Part shown: piece by piece, positions 46,159-56,763 of the stretch | Position numbering within the stretch: position 1 is the stretch's first letter | How the letters are laid out: every line of letters begins with the position of its first letter | Assembly (NCBI GenBank): GCA_964500465.1 | Contig: CAZCNB010000003.1 | Span: forward strand, 13,882-77,881 | From: an uncultured Candidatus Saccharibacteria bacterium | GTDB lineage: Bacteria; Patescibacteriota; Minisyncoccia; Phycocordibacterales; UBA9973 | DNA length: 64,000 nucleotides | Direction of reading: 5' to 3' | Translations under genes and position numbers: made by a program | Notes under the pieces: model-generated | Database searches by the model: none | What the model saw: the letters and a program-made list of their open reading frames with translations, nothing else | What the model was told of the DNA's origin: nothing

Positions 46159-47337
46159 CTATTTCTTTCCTTTTAAAATTTTATCGATCTTGTGAGCGAT
46201 CTTTTTCATATCCTTTTCTTTCTTGCCAATTGTGGTTTCTGCACAAGTACCAAGACGAATTCCCGATGGATCCATTACAGAACGAGGGTCTCCTGGAATT
46301 GTATTCATATTTACTATAATCCCAGCTTTCTCTAGTCTTTTACTTGCTTCACTACCAGAAACACCTTTGCCGTTCATCCATGTATCCATAAGGATTAGAT
46401 GGGAATCTGTACCTCCAGAGATAATATGCCATCCAAGTTTTTGAAGTTCGTTTGCAAGAGTTTGAGCATTTTTAACAACTTGTTTTGCATACTTTTTGAA
46501 AGCCGGAGTATCTGCTTCCTTCAGTGCAATTGCAACAGCTGCGATATTGTTCTCATGCGGACCACCAAATAGCCCTGGTATTACCATCTTATCTAACTTT
46601 TTATCAAATTCTCGAGAATCTTTTTTTACAAATAGAAGTGCTTGCCTCGGACCACGAAGAGATTTGTGAGTTGTTGTCATTACAGAATCTGCATATGGAA
46701 ATGGTGATGGATATACTCCTCCCGCAACCAAACCTGCGAAGTGTGACATATCTACGTGAAGAAGTGCACCACATTTATCTGCAATCGCACGAAACTTTTT
46801 AAAATCTACAGTTCTTGGATATGCAGTAAATCCTGCAACAATAATATCTGGACGTTCAACTTGAGCAAGTGACTCGAGTGCTTTGTAATCAATAATTTCT
46901 GATTTAGGATCAAGTTCAAATTGAAGTGGTTTCCAAAGTTTACCTGTCATAGAAAGAGGGTGGCCGTGAGTAAGGTGCCCGCCAGAAGTTAACTTCATGC
47001 CCATTATTTTTCCACCTAGTGGAACTAGTGCTGAGTAAAGTGCAAAGTTTGCAGGACTACCCGAAAGAAGTTGCGCATTTACATGCCAATTTTCTTTTTT
47101 AAGTTTGAAAAGTTTTAGTGCACGATCAATACAAAGTTGTTCAACTTTATCGATAACTTCATTCCCGCCATAGTATCTACGACCCGGGTAACCTTCTGCG
47201 TATTTGTTTGTAAGTTTGGAGCCGAGAGCTTTTAATACATCATCGGAAACATAGTTTTCAGAGGCAATAAGATTGATAACACTTTTCTGTCTTTTTTCTT
47301 CTGCTTTTATTAATTTTTCTACTTGTTTGTCTTTCAT
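46159..47337 (-). CDS. glyA: serine hydroxymethyltransferase
   Basis: LIASENYVS, YAEGYPGRRYYGG, and the PLP-lysine region TTTHKSLRGPR. Confidence 0.9.
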   Translation of the reverse strand: MKDKQVEKLIKAEEKRQKSVINLIASENYVSDDVLKALGSKLTNKYAEGYPGRRYYGGNEVIDKVEQLCIDRALKLFKLKKENWHVNAQLLSGSPANFALYSALVPLGGKIMGMKLTSGGHLTHGHPLSMTGKLWKPLQFELDPKSEIIDYKALESLAQVERPDIIVAGFTAYPRTVDFKKFRAIADKCGALLHVDMSHFAGLVAGGVYPSPFPYADSVMTTTHKSLRGPRQALLFVKKDSREFDKKLDKMVIPGLFGGPHENNIAAVAIALKEADTPAFKKYAKQVVKNAQTLANELQKLGWHIISGGTDSHLILMDTWMNGKGVSGSEASKRLEKAGIIVNMNTIPGDPRSVMDPSGIRLGTCAETTIGKKEKDMKKIAHKIDKILKGKK

Positions 47338-47441
47338 AGTTTAAATAGCGCGTTGCGCATTAGTTTGGTAAATTTAGGATTTTGGAGTTAGATCATATAT
47401 TTTAAAGCTTTTTAATGAACTTATTTTAGCACGTTTGAATT

Positions 47442-48188
47442 TTATAAGAAAATTAGCTTAAAAGCTGTTCCAAGTATAAGAATTCCTATGATTGGCTTCA
47501 ACCAAGCGTTTCCTTTTTTGATAGAAAAAGCAGTTCCAAGATAGCCTCCTACCATCATTCCAAAAAACATTATAATTGCATACTTATAATTAATTAATCC
47601 AGAGATTGCAAATACAACAACTGAACTTATTATGCTTAATAAAAGAGGAATACGAGTAACTGCCTTACCTTGAAGAAGAGTAAATCCATAACCTCGGGTA
47701 CGTACGTAGATATCAATAAAACCTGATCCAGGACTAAAGAAGCCAGACCAAGCTTGAGAAATAAAGTATGCAACATGAGAAAGTATTCTACGTTTACCTG
47801 TAGCCCTATTAGCTTTTAAACCTAAATCCTTTTGAATAAAAAACAATGGAAGTATAATTAACAAAATAAATCCAATTAATTTTTCAAGGACATCAGGTTT
47901 AATTGACACAACAATACGACTTCCTATTACTGATGCTGGTACACTTATAAGTGTAAGAATAATTACATCTCTTTTTAAAACACCCATATTGTTACTTTTT
48001 GCGAAACGTATAATATTACCAATCTTAGCCCCAACATCTCCAAAATTTAATGTACCTAGAGCAATGTGTGGGGGTATACCTATAAATAGAAGCGCAGAAA
48101 CCCCTACTAATCCTGACCCAGCAGCAACACTGCCAATAAAGGAAGCAACAAGACCTGAGATAAAAATAAATATTTCTGTATAAAACAT
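47442..48188 (-). CDS. TauE/SafE-family (DUF81) membrane exporter
   Basis: ~8 TM helices with Gly-rich repeats (AAGSGLVGVSALLFIG). Confidence 0.65.
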   Translation of the reverse strand: MFYTEIFIFISGLVASFIGSVAAGSGLVGVSALLFIGIPPHIALGTLNFGDVGAKIGNIIRFAKSNNMGVLKRDVIILTLISVPASVIGSRIVVSIKPDVLEKLIGFILLIILPLFFIQKDLGLKANRATGKRRILSHVAYFISQAWSGFFSPGSGFIDIYVRTRGYGFTLLQGKAVTRIPLLLSIISSVVVFAISGLINYKYAIIMFFGMMVGGYLGTAFSIKKGNAWLKPIIGILILGTAFKLIFL

Positions 48189-48282
48189 TTCTAGTTTTCA
48201 AGAAATCAAATAATAGAGCAGACTCCTTAATTCATTGATTTTAGCATGTTGAACAAGAAAGCAAAAACTGTATAATGGGGTT

Positions 48283-49248
48283 ATGAAAACCTACGAATAT
48301 GATAAAAATCCAGACAAAGAATACCTATCTTTAATGAAGCATATATTAGAGAATGGTGTAGATCGTGAAGAACGTACTGGTGTAGGAACTCGTAGTGTGT
48401 TTGGACACCAAGTAAGATTTGATTTATCTAAAGGATTCCCTCTTTTAACAACTAAAAAAGTTTTTATGCGTGGAATAATTCATGAGCTTCTTTGGTTCTT
48501 AACTGGAGATACAAATATAAAATACCTTGTACGTAACGATGTAAAAATTTGGAACGAGTGGGCCTTTCAAGTTTACTTAGAAAAAAATGACCTTACTAAA
48601 ACATTACCACGCTATTCACCAGAGTGGACAGAAAAACTAGAATGGTTTGTACAACAAATAAAAGAGAGTGATGAGTTCGCAAGTGCTTGGGGCGAACTCG
48701 GTCCGATATATGGTAAACAGTGGAGGGATTGGGAAACCCCAAAAGGAGGGCACATCGATCAGATCCAGAATATTATTGATATGTTAAAAAATGATCCTTC
48801 ATCTCGTAGGATAATTGTAAGTGGTTGGAATGTTGGAGAAATATATGACTTAATACACGATCATAATCATGCTCCACCTCCATGCCACTCTCTATTTCAA
48901 TTCCATGTATTAAATGGCAAATTATCACTTCAACTTTACCAAAGAAGTGCTGACTACTTTTTAGGAGTACCGTTTAATATTGCTTCTTACTCTCTTCTAC
49001 TTATGATGGTAGCGCAAGTTACTGGATATGAAGTTGGTGAATTTGTATGGACTGGAGCAGATGTACACTTATATCTAAATCATCTTGATCAAGCTAAATT
49101 ACAGATTTCTAGAGAAAATGATATTCGCCCTTCCCCAACTATGAAAATAAATCCTAATGTTAAAAATATATTTGATTTCAAGTTCGAAGATTTTGAACTA
49201 GTGGATTATAACCCTCATGATGCTATCAAAGCACCTATTGCTGTATAA
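48283..49248 (+). CDS. thyA: thymidylate synthase (ThyA, long Lactobacillus-type with insert)
   Basis: [21 protein letters not shown], the catalytic Cys in [11 protein letters not shown], and dUMP-specific [12 protein letters not shown]. Near-collinear with L. casei TS, including its ~50-aa insert. Confidence 0.9.
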   Translation: MKTYEYDKNPDKEYLSLMKHILENGVDREERTGVGTRSVFGHQVRFDLSKGFPLLTTKKVFMRGIIHELLWFLTGDTNIKYLVRNDVKIWNEWAFQVYLEKNDLTKTLPRYSPEWTEKLEWFVQQIKESDEFASAWGELGPIYGKQWRDWETPKGGHIDQIQNIIDMLKNDPSSRRIIVSGWNVGEIYDLIHDHNHAPPPCHSLFQFHVLNGKLSLQLYQRSADYFLGVPFNIASYSLLLMMVAQVTGYEVGEFVWTGADVHLYLNHLDQAKLQISRENDIRPSPTMKINPNVKNIFDFKFEDFELVDYNPHDAIKAPIAV

Positions 49249-49251
49249 AAT

Positions 49252-49764
49252 ATGATTCTTTCTTTAATTGCTGCAGTTGCAAAAAATGGTGTAATCGGAG
49301 GTAGTAATACCCTTCTTTGGAATATAACTGAAGATCTAAAACACTTCAAAGAAAAAACTTCAGGTCACACAGTTATAATGGGAAGAAAAACATTTGAAAG
49401 TATTGGTCGCCCACTTCCAAACAGAAAAAATATAGTTATTACGCGAGATTTAAATTATTTTCAACCAGGAATAGACATTGTTAGCTCACTCGATGAAGCT
49501 TTAAGGATAGCATCACTTGAACAAGGGCGTGGGTTTGAAGAAAACCAAGATGAAGTTGAAGTATTTATCATTGGCGGAGGAGAAATATATAGGCAAGGAA
49601 TAGACAGAGCCAATAAATTATATATTACAGAAGTTCATCAAGATTTTGAAGGTGACACAAGATTTCCCAATATAGATAAAAGCAAATGGAGAGAAACATT
49701 TCGAAAAGATTATCTAGATGCACCAATTCCCTATTCGTTCGTAGAATATAAAAAATCCGCTTAG
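49252..49764 (+). CDS. folA: dihydrofolate reductase
   Basis: ILSLIAAVAKNGVIGGSNTLLW, GRKTFESIGRPLPNR. Confidence 0.85.
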   Translation: MILSLIAAVAKNGVIGGSNTLLWNITEDLKHFKEKTSGHTVIMGRKTFESIGRPLPNRKNIVITRDLNYFQPGIDIVSSLDEALRIASLEQGRGFEENQDEVEVFIIGGGEIYRQGIDRANKLYITEVHQDFEGDTRFPNIDKSKWRETFRKDYLDAPIPYSFVEYKKSA

Positions 49765-49782
49765 CACTAAGCGGATTTTTTA
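49752..49782. terminator. bidirectional rho-independent terminator overlapping the folA stop
   Basis: aaaaatccgctta-gcac-taagcggattttt. Confidence 0.8.
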
Positions 49783-50109
49783 TGGATCAATATCAGTTTT
49801 TTCTCTTATAAATATATCTTTTCCATCTGGAGATTTAATCTTTTTATATCTACGATTTTTATTTACTTCTATTTTGCGGACAAGTTCTTTTTCAAGATCA
49901 TATCCAAGTATTTCGCACATACCAAGTAAAAAAACTGCTACATCTGCAAACTCTTCAGCAACACCATCTTGATTTTTATTGAATTTTGAAAATGCTTCAG
50001 AAAGCTCTTCATGAGCACGGCAAAATTCAAGGGCAACGTCAGTAGTATTGAACCCTTTTTCAAGTTTATTACGCATCACTTCTTTTTGTAATTCTTTTAG
50101 GTCAACCAT
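49780..50109 (-). CDS. MazG-like nucleotide pyrophosphohydrolase (small all-alpha NTP-PPase)
   Basis: 109 aa with EExxE/D motifs (RAHEELSEAFSKF...AEEFADVAVFLLGM). Confidence 0.7.
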   Translation of the reverse strand: MVDLKELQKEVMRNKLEKGFNTTDVALEFCRAHEELSEAFSKFNKNQDGVAEEFADVAVFLLGMCEILGYDLEKELVRKIEVNKNRRYKKIKSPDGKDIFIREKTDIDP

Positions 50110-50113
50110 ATAT

Positions 50114-50593
50114 TTATTTCATATTACTCTTATATTTTCGTAAATTTACTTTTGCTAATTTGAACATCCTGACAGAAGCTTTGTCAGATGGTGTATTTGC
50201 GTATTTATTGTCTTCATATATAACTTCTTTAATACCATTTTGAATTATTGTTTTAGCACACTCATTGCAAGGAAATAAAGTAGAGTATAATTTACAGTTT
50301 TTAGTAGAGTTGTTTGCATTATATATTGCATTTTCTTCGGCATGACAAATATAAGCGTATTTTGTATCTTCTAGGCTTCCTTCTTTTCCCCAGGGTAAAT
50401 CTGTATTTTTTATTCCTCTAGGAAAGCCATTATATCCTAAACCAACAACAATATTATTTTGATCCACAATTACAGAACCTACTTGAGTAGAAGGATCTTT
50501 AGATCTGCCTGATATGACATGAGCCATGCGCATAAATGTCTCATCCCAAGATGTTGCTTTTCTAGGAGTAACCTTTTTGACTGATTTCTTCAT
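50114..50593 (-). CDS. dCMP deaminase (cytidine/deoxycytidylate deaminase zinc-binding family)
   Basis: HAEENAI ... PCNECAKTI zinc ligands. Size and context fit dCMP deaminase feeding ThyA. Confidence 0.85.
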   Translation of the reverse strand: MKKSVKKVTPRKATSWDETFMRMAHVISGRSKDPSTQVGSVIVDQNNIVVGLGYNGFPRGIKNTDLPWGKEGSLEDTKYAYICHAEENAIYNANNSTKNCKLYSTLFPCNECAKTIIQNGIKEVIYEDNKYANTPSDKASVRMFKLAKVNLRKYKSNMK

Positions 50594-50631
50594 AGGCTAA
50601 ATATACTCCCAATAAATACTAAATACAACTA

Positions 50632-51939
50632 TTATAGATTATCAGGTGCAGCTTCCAGTCTTAGAGTTACATTTTTCTCTATCCCTTTTGAAAGGACTCT
50701 AAATGTTACATAATCTCCAACCTTCTTATCTCTAATCAAATTGGCGAAACTTTGATCTTGGTCAATTTTTGTTCCATCTATCTCGAGGATTATGTCATTC
50801 TCAACTATACCTGCTTTATCAGCTGGAGAACCAGGTACTACAGCCAAATCTGCTTGATTCGTTCCTCGTTGAACCAAAACTCCATAATCTACGCTAAGAT
50901 TATTTTTTGCTTTAATATCAGCATTAACAGGTATATATCGAACACCCACATATGGTCTTACAATTTTACCGGTACTTTTAACTGAGTTTATTGCACTTTT
51001 TACACTATTTATCGGCAAAGCAAATCCAACATTAGACGAACCTTGAACCACTGCAACATTTATGCCAATAACATCTCCATGAATATTGAGTAATGGTCCT
51101 CCAGAATTACCTGGATTAATAGCAGCATCGGTCTGTATAACTTTATCAAGCCTCTCAGATTGACCCATGCCATTACCAGCTACCACTGAACGAGAAAGCC
51201 CTGAGACAACACCAACAGAAACAGTGTTTTTAAATTCTCCAAGTGCATTACCAATAGCAATTACCGTCTCACCAACATCTAAAGTATCAGAATCTGCTAG
51301 GTTTAAATATGGTAAGTCGCTAGCGTTAATTTTTACTAATGCTACATCAAGTACTCCGTCACGAGCTAGAACTTTTGCAGTGTATTTTTTACCATTGTTA
51401 AGTTGTACTTCATATATAGCATTAGTATCAGCTACAACGTGTTTATTTGTAACAATCATTCCGTCTGGTGAAATCAAAAATCCAGAACCACTTCCTATTT
51501 GTTTCCTTTCAGTACCATTTTGCTTATATATTGGTGTTTGGAAAAATCCTGGGAATAGTCCGCCGAATGGATCGCTACTTTGATCGTATGTAACATCATA
51601 TTTAGGAACATCTTTGCTTACAATAATAGACACGACTGCTGGTTTTGCCTTTTTTACTGAGCTAACAACTGTATCCTCAGTGTGAACCACTACTTCTTCT
51701 CTTGTAGGGCTTGCGGTTTCATTTGGCTTTGGATCAAATACTAAATTGTTAGTAGGAGAAAATTGGGCCGAATAATTTTTTGCTAAAACTTTAAAAATCT
51801 GATCTCGATAATGCCAAGCAATTAAGGCTATTAATGCTAAGGTTATTATTATAGTTATAAAACTTACAACAACTGCTCTAACAACAGGATCTTTAAACAT
51901 TTTATTAATCTTTTCTTTGTTTAGATTTGAGTTTTGCAT
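50632..51939 (-). CDS. HtrA/DegP-family serine protease with N-terminal TM anchor and C-terminal PDZ domain
   Basis: Catalytic His (VTNKHVV) and Asp, GNSGGPLLN around the catalytic Ser, and a PDZ domain. Confidence 0.85.
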   Translation of the reverse strand: MQNSNLNKEKINKMFKDPVVRAVVVSFITIIITLALIALIAWHYRDQIFKVLAKNYSAQFSPTNNLVFDPKPNETASPTREEVVVHTEDTVVSSVKKAKPAVVSIIVSKDVPKYDVTYDQSSDPFGGLFPGFFQTPIYKQNGTERKQIGSGSGFLISPDGMIVTNKHVVADTNAIYEVQLNNGKKYTAKVLARDGVLDVALVKINASDLPYLNLADSDTLDVGETVIAIGNALGEFKNTVSVGVVSGLSRSVVAGNGMGQSERLDKVIQTDAAINPGNSGGPLLNIHGDVIGINVAVVQGSSNVGFALPINSVKSAINSVKSTGKIVRPYVGVRYIPVNADIKAKNNLSVDYGVLVQRGTNQADLAVVPGSPADKAGIVENDIILEIDGTKIDQDQSFANLIRDKKVGDYVTFRVLSKGIEKNVTLRLEAAPDNL

Positions 51940-51997
51940 ATGTTTTTATAATTACCTATATAATAAATATTAAAAAAACCACATTAATTGTCAATAT

Positions 51998-52627
51998 TTA
52001 TCTAACTACGAAAAAACCAAGTATCATAGCAGTAAAATTCATAATTGTATGTGATATAGAAATCATAATTAGATTTGGATACTTATAATACATGAGCGCA
52101 AATCCTAATCCCCCAATAAATGTAAGTGGTAAAATAATGTCGGTATTTATATATATAATGTGTATCAGAGCAAAAAGTGAAGCATTTAATAAAATAATAA
52201 AAGGTACATTATTAAAGGCTTTTATTAACATACGCATTAGTATTCCCCTAAACACTATTTCTTGTAAAACACTTATTGGGATGAACAAAAGCAAGAATCT
52301 TACATCTTCCCACCATTCGTAAACTTGCCGAGTTTCTATCTGGGGAAACGCTTCAGATAACAAGAAAAGACTTATAACACCAACAACAGTAAATATAAAA
52401 TATGGGAAGAAATCTTTTAGAAATTTTTTTTGTAATCCCATATCGGCATAAGTCCATCCAGATCTCTTTATGATTCCATAAAGAAGTAACGAAACAAAAA
52501 AAAGCATTGTGACTCTAAACTCTCCGGGTACAACACCATAAAAAAGAAGCAGAATAGGGACTATATATAGATATAGTATTTGCACTATTACTAACTCTTT
52601 TTCTCGAATCCTTGGAGTATCCATCAC
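51998..52627 (-). CDS. CPBP-family (CAAX/Abi) intramembrane metalloprotease
   Basis: EEIVFRG motif, FALIHIIY, and a downstream H on TM helices. Confidence 0.7.
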   Translation of the reverse strand: MMDTPRIREKELVIVQILYLYIVPILLLFYGVVPGEFRVTMLFFVSLLLYGIIKRSGWTYADMGLQKKFLKDFFPYFIFTVVGVISLFLLSEAFPQIETRQVYEWWEDVRFLLLFIPISVLQEIVFRGILMRMLIKAFNNVPFIILLNASLFALIHIIYINTDIILPLTFIGGLGFALMYYKYPNLIMISISHTIMNFTAMILGFFVVR

Positions 52628-52646
52628 TCTACTATACTATATAGAT

Positions 52647-54293
52647 ATGTTGAGGCCAAAATATATACTAATTTTACTTATATATCTTTCTTTATTTTAT
52701 AGCGCTTATGGATTTAACGTAGAATACGGTACAGTTATATCCACGAATAAAAACAGTGTTATGGTACAGCAATCGAGTATAGGAAAGAAAACAAATTATA
52801 TATGTAATATAGTTAAGCTAAGTTGTGAAAAAACTAATAAATTTGTCTTAGATGGTGAAAAAACATCTATTATAAATAGTGACTTAAAAAAAGAGCTAAG
52901 TAATAAGAAAGCTCATCACGTTACTATATCTCCTTCTAGAAATTTTCTATCATACTATTTACCTTCTACTAATGAAAGAAATATTAGCGCTTTTATTATT
53001 AAGGATATAAATCTAAATCAAGATTATGAATTAAGTGAATCAAGAACTTATTGGGATTTGGTGGTTGATTTAAATAAAATATTTGAATTTTCACCAGATA
53101 GTAGTTCTCTAATATATTTGGATGATATAGATGGATATATGTCACTATACAAAGTGGATATAAAAGGTCTAAGGGACTCTAAGATAACCAGCACAAAAAT
53201 ACAAACAAGCGCTTACACTATAAATGATTTTGTTTTCTACAACGAAGATACAATATATTATGTTGGGAATGATAAGCATAATCCATATCAATGGTCTTTA
53301 TATGAGCTTGATTTAAAAACTGGGAAAGACAAGATTGTCGAAAAAGATGTATCTTATGTAGATAGGTTAAGAAAAGTGGGATCTGTAATTGTATTTAACG
53401 GTCTACAAAGTATTGGTTATGGTCCAAAAGTTTACAACCCTAAAAGTAAAAAAGTTTATTCTTTTAGAATTCCAAGTGTAAATCCAAAAAAATCTCTAAA
53501 TAATGAAGAGGTTGTAAAAATTGGCGATATGACAGGTATTCTTATGCCGCCAAAACAAGTAAAAAAAGACAGAGCATATCCACTTATTGTCTGGCTTCAT
53601 GGTGGACCAGTTAGACAAGCAAGCCTTGGGTATCATCCATATAATAGTTACGGAGTTTATGATTCAATACTAAAATTATTACAAAAAAATAATTTTATAA
53701 TATTAAAACTAGATTATAGAGGTAGCATTGGTTTTGGTAGAAAATATTCTGAAGCAATAAAAGGTTCTGTTGGTAAAGGAGACGTTTTAGATGTGTTAAA
53801 TGGAGTAGACTATATAAAAAGTAAGTTTAAAACAAATGAAGTATATCTTATGGGCAATAGCTATGGTGGGTATTTATCTCTAAAATCTCTAGTTGAACGT
53901 CCTGATGTATTTAATGGTGTAGTGTCCATAAACGGAGTTACAGATTGGGAAAGTTTGATAGTCAAAATGCAAAATTCAATATTTAATGCTGAATTTGACG
54001 GACTTCCCGACTTCAATAATCGTATATTGTATGATCAAGCTTCTATATTTAATAACTTAGATAAGATTGGTAACCAAAAAATTTATATAATTGCTGGAGT
54101 AGCAGATCGTACTGTTCCCTATTGGCAAGCAACTGACTTATACGAAAAGTTAAAAACTGCTAATAAAAACGTAAAGCTCATTTCATACAAAGGAGAAGGC
54201 CATGTATATAAACAAAAGAAAACTATAAAAAATCTCTGCGCTGAATTGTTTAATTTCGTAGGGATGAAAGTTGATTCTGAATGTAATAAGTAG
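52647..54293 (+). CDS. S9-family serine peptidase (prolyl oligopeptidase/dipeptidyl-peptidase-like) with N-terminal signal/anchor and beta-propeller
   Basis: C-terminal alpha/beta-hydrolase region WLHGGP, LDYRGSIGFG, nucleophile GNSYGG, and a later D/H. Confidence 0.75.
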   Translation: MLRPKYILILLIYLSLFYSAYGFNVEYGTVISTNKNSVMVQQSSIGKKTNYICNIVKLSCEKTNKFVLDGEKTSIINSDLKKELSNKKAHHVTISPSRNFLSYYLPSTNERNISAFIIKDINLNQDYELSESRTYWDLVVDLNKIFEFSPDSSSLIYLDDIDGYMSLYKVDIKGLRDSKITSTKIQTSAYTINDFVFYNEDTIYYVGNDKHNPYQWSLYELDLKTGKDKIVEKDVSYVDRLRKVGSVIVFNGLQSIGYGPKVYNPKSKKVYSFRIPSVNPKKSLNNEEVVKIGDMTGILMPPKQVKKDRAYPLIVWLHGGPVRQASLGYHPYNSYGVYDSILKLLQKNNFIILKLDYRGSIGFGRKYSEAIKGSVGKGDVLDVLNGVDYIKSKFKTNEVYLMGNSYGGYLSLKSLVERPDVFNGVVSINGVTDWESLIVKMQNSIFNAEFDGLPDFNNRILYDQASIFNNLDKIGNQKIYIIAGVADRTVPYWQATDLYEKLKTANKNVKLISYKGEGHVYKQKKTIKNLCAELFNFVGMKVDSECNK

Positions 54294-54328
54294 ATTTATT
54301 ATATATAGTGAGTTAAAATATATTTGTA

Positions 54329-54877
54329 ATGTTAAAAGCTAAAAATAGTGGTTTTACAGTTTTAGAACTCCTAGTTGTTATTGCAATAATAGGCATACTT
54401 ACTAGTGTTATCATGGTCTCACTCAATAATGCAAAAGTAAAAGCTGAAAATGTAAAAGCTGTCCTTGAAATAAAAGGATTGCGAAACGCTATGACAATGC
54501 TAGAAAATGACACTGGCAAATGGCCAAATGGTTGCCCAATTGATCAAGTGTCAAACCCTGAAGTTGATCTTACAAACGCAAATGCTGGATTGTTGTCTGT
54601 TCCAAGTGTATTTTCATCAGGATCTTGCAGTTGGAATGCAGGAGACATAGCAAAATGGAAAGGTCCATATACACAATCCGCAACTGACCAATGGAATAAT
54701 GCTTACGTGTTTGATCCTGACTACCATATATGTGAAAATTCAATCGATACTAGCTATCCTGTTGTTGTAACTTACGGAAGAAACGGTACTCAAGATTATC
54801 CTACAGATAACGCAAGCTCTGGTGGAGCATGCAATCTAGTAGATACTGATGATATATATGTAAAACTAATTAATTAG
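54329..54877 (+). CDS. type IV pilin/pseudopilin-like protein (prepilin N-terminal cleavage/methylation domain)
   Basis: KNSG|FTVLELLVVIAIIGILTSV class III signal, then a globular domain with paired Cys. Confidence 0.8.
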   Translation: MLKAKNSGFTVLELLVVIAIIGILTSVIMVSLNNAKVKAENVKAVLEIKGLRNAMTMLENDTGKWPNGCPIDQVSNPEVDLTNANAGLLSVPSVFSSGSCSWNAGDIAKWKGPYTQSATDQWNNAYVFDPDYHICENSIDTSYPVVVTYGRNGTQDYPTDNASSGGACNLVDTDDIYVKLIN

Positions 54878-54880
54878 TAA

Positions 54881-56353
54881 TTACTTCTCTAAATCTAAAA
54901 TATCATCTATGCGAATTTGTTCTACAAATTCAGGTACATGAGAAACTAATATCATAGCTCCCTCATACTCATCTAATGCTTTGGCTATTACAGGTAGGTG
55001 TCTGAAATTTATATGATTAGTTGGTTCGTCTAGAATGAGTAGTCCTGGCTTAAGTAAAACTAAACTAGCAAAAGCAACTAAACCTTTCTGCCCTTCTGAT
55101 AGACTACCGATGCGAGTTTTTATAACATCGCTTGTTATTAAAAATGAAGAAGCGATAGAACGAATTTTTTCTTCATCGACTCTTCCTGTAACTTGCCTAC
55201 TTATATCTGATAATGACTCTAAAACGGTCTGTTCAAAATCAAGCGTAGAAAAATCCTGTCTGTAGTAGCCAACTCTTACCCCTTTAGTAACTAATGCACC
55301 CTCTGCTGTACCTTTCGCTATTGACTCAAGTAACGTACTTTTTCCTATGCCATTCGGTCCAGAGAGCAGTAAGTGCTTATTTTTACGAAGCGATAAATTT
55401 ATTTTTCTTTTTACGGGTTTACCCTTTTTTAGCACAGAAATAGATGAGAATGAAAGTATGTCTCCTATTAAATCTCCTTGGAACGGAATTGTGAAATTTT
55501 TGATTGTTTTATCTTCTTTTCGAACATCTACTTTTTCTTCTTCTAACTCCTCTGCTAAGTCACGCATTCTTTTTGCAACTGCACGAAGATTTCCTCCTTT
55601 CATAGCAAAAGCATTTGCTTGATCTTTTTTTGCTTGAATTTCTTTTGACAAAAGTGCATTTTTTCTATTCTCCTTCTCCATGCGAACCTCTATTTGATTC
55701 CTAACATCTGTATAATTACCCACATATTGTTCAATTTTTTTAGTATAAACATCTAAATATAGAACAGCATCAGTAAAAGCATTTAGAAACGTAGCATCAT
55801 GCGAGATGACAATAACAGTCTTTTTATAATTTACTAGAAATTCAGTTAAGTGCGCTATTCCACTCTTATCAAGATTATTTGTAGGCTCATCAAGCAATAG
55901 GACATCTGGCTCTTGAATAAGAGCAGATGCTAAAAGAAGCCTTGCCTGTTGTCCTCCTGAAAAAGATCTAATAATCCTATCGTGAACATGTGTATGGCCT
56001 TTTAAATTTACGACTTCAAGAACATCATCTATGCGAGGATCAATATCATAAACTTTATTTTTGAAACATTTCTGGAAAAATTCACGAACCGTCAGATCCA
56101 GTTCATCTCTAGGTATTACCTGGCGAGATAATGCAATGGTTGTTCTTTGTGCAATATGTATCTGGCCATTTTCTGGATGATGTATTCCAGTGATTAACCC
56201 AAACAAAGTACTCTTACCCGCCCCGTTTTGGCCCATTATAGTCACCTTCATTCCTTTTCTAATAGAAAAATCAACCGTATCTAGTATCGGTTTGTTGTGG
56301 CCATATTCAAATGAAACTTTTTCGAATCTTATTACTACCTCTCCGTGAGCCAT
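54881..56353 (-). CDS. ABC-F family ATPase (two tandem ABC domains, no TMD)
   Basis: Two Walker A motifs (GQNGAGKST, GPNGIGKST), two signature motifs (FSGGQQ, LSEGQKG), and an inter-domain linker. Confidence 0.8.
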   Translation of the reverse strand: MAHGEVVIRFEKVSFEYGHNKPILDTVDFSIRKGMKVTIMGQNGAGKSTLFGLITGIHHPENGQIHIAQRTTIALSRQVIPRDELDLTVREFFQKCFKNKVYDIDPRIDDVLEVVNLKGHTHVHDRIIRSFSGGQQARLLLASALIQEPDVLLLDEPTNNLDKSGIAHLTEFLVNYKKTVIVISHDATFLNAFTDAVLYLDVYTKKIEQYVGNYTDVRNQIEVRMEKENRKNALLSKEIQAKKDQANAFAMKGGNLRAVAKRMRDLAEELEEEKVDVRKEDKTIKNFTIPFQGDLIGDILSFSSISVLKKGKPVKRKINLSLRKNKHLLLSGPNGIGKSTLLESIAKGTAEGALVTKGVRVGYYRQDFSTLDFEQTVLESLSDISRQVTGRVDEEKIRSIASSFLITSDVIKTRIGSLSEGQKGLVAFASLVLLKPGLLILDEPTNHINFRHLPVIAKALDEYEGAMILVSHVPEFVEQIRIDDILDLEK

Positions 56354-56391
56354 AGTTTTCTATATTAACTTATCATTAAGAAATATGCTAA

Positions 56392-56763
56392 TTATTTCAA
56401 TAGTAATTTAACTTTTTGAACATCGTCACTTATCTGTGTAGCGAGTTCAAGTGCATTATCAAACATCTTAACGTCTCTAATTTTCTCTACAATATCTATT
56501 TCTATATCTTTACCATATGTAACAGGAACATTTCCATCTGTAACATCTATTAGGTGAACTTCTAGAGATTTTTCGCTCAAATCAAAGGTTGGTATAGGAC
56601 CATAATGTAATGCACCTTTGAAAGTTTGGTCATCTACTACTACCCATGTAGCGTAAACTCCATTATCAAAATGGAAATCTCCTGGAATTATAAGGTTCAC
56701 AGTAGGAAAACCTATTTTTCTTCCCCTTCCAACTCCTTTAATTTGTTTTGTTCGATAAATCAT
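56392..56763 (-). CDS. monofunctional riboflavin kinase
   Basis: GRGRKIGFPTVNL, EVHLID, with no FMN-adenylyltransferase domain. Confidence 0.75.
   Translation of the reverse strand: MIYRTKQIKGVGRGRKIGFPTVNLIIPGDFHFDNGVYATWVVVDDQTFKGALHYGPIPTFDLSEKSLEVHLIDVTDGNVPVTYGKDIEIDIVEKIRDVKMFDNALELATQISDDVQKVKLLLK

Noticed and set aside
48283-49248. Possibility that the ThyA homolog is a dCMP/dUMP hydroxymethylase (DNA hypermodification)
   Set aside because: The specificity-determining Asn of the D(A/V)HLYxNH motif is retained (dUMP-specific). The protein is near-collinear with Lactobacillus-type thymidylate synthase including its insert, and folA/glyA are adjacent.
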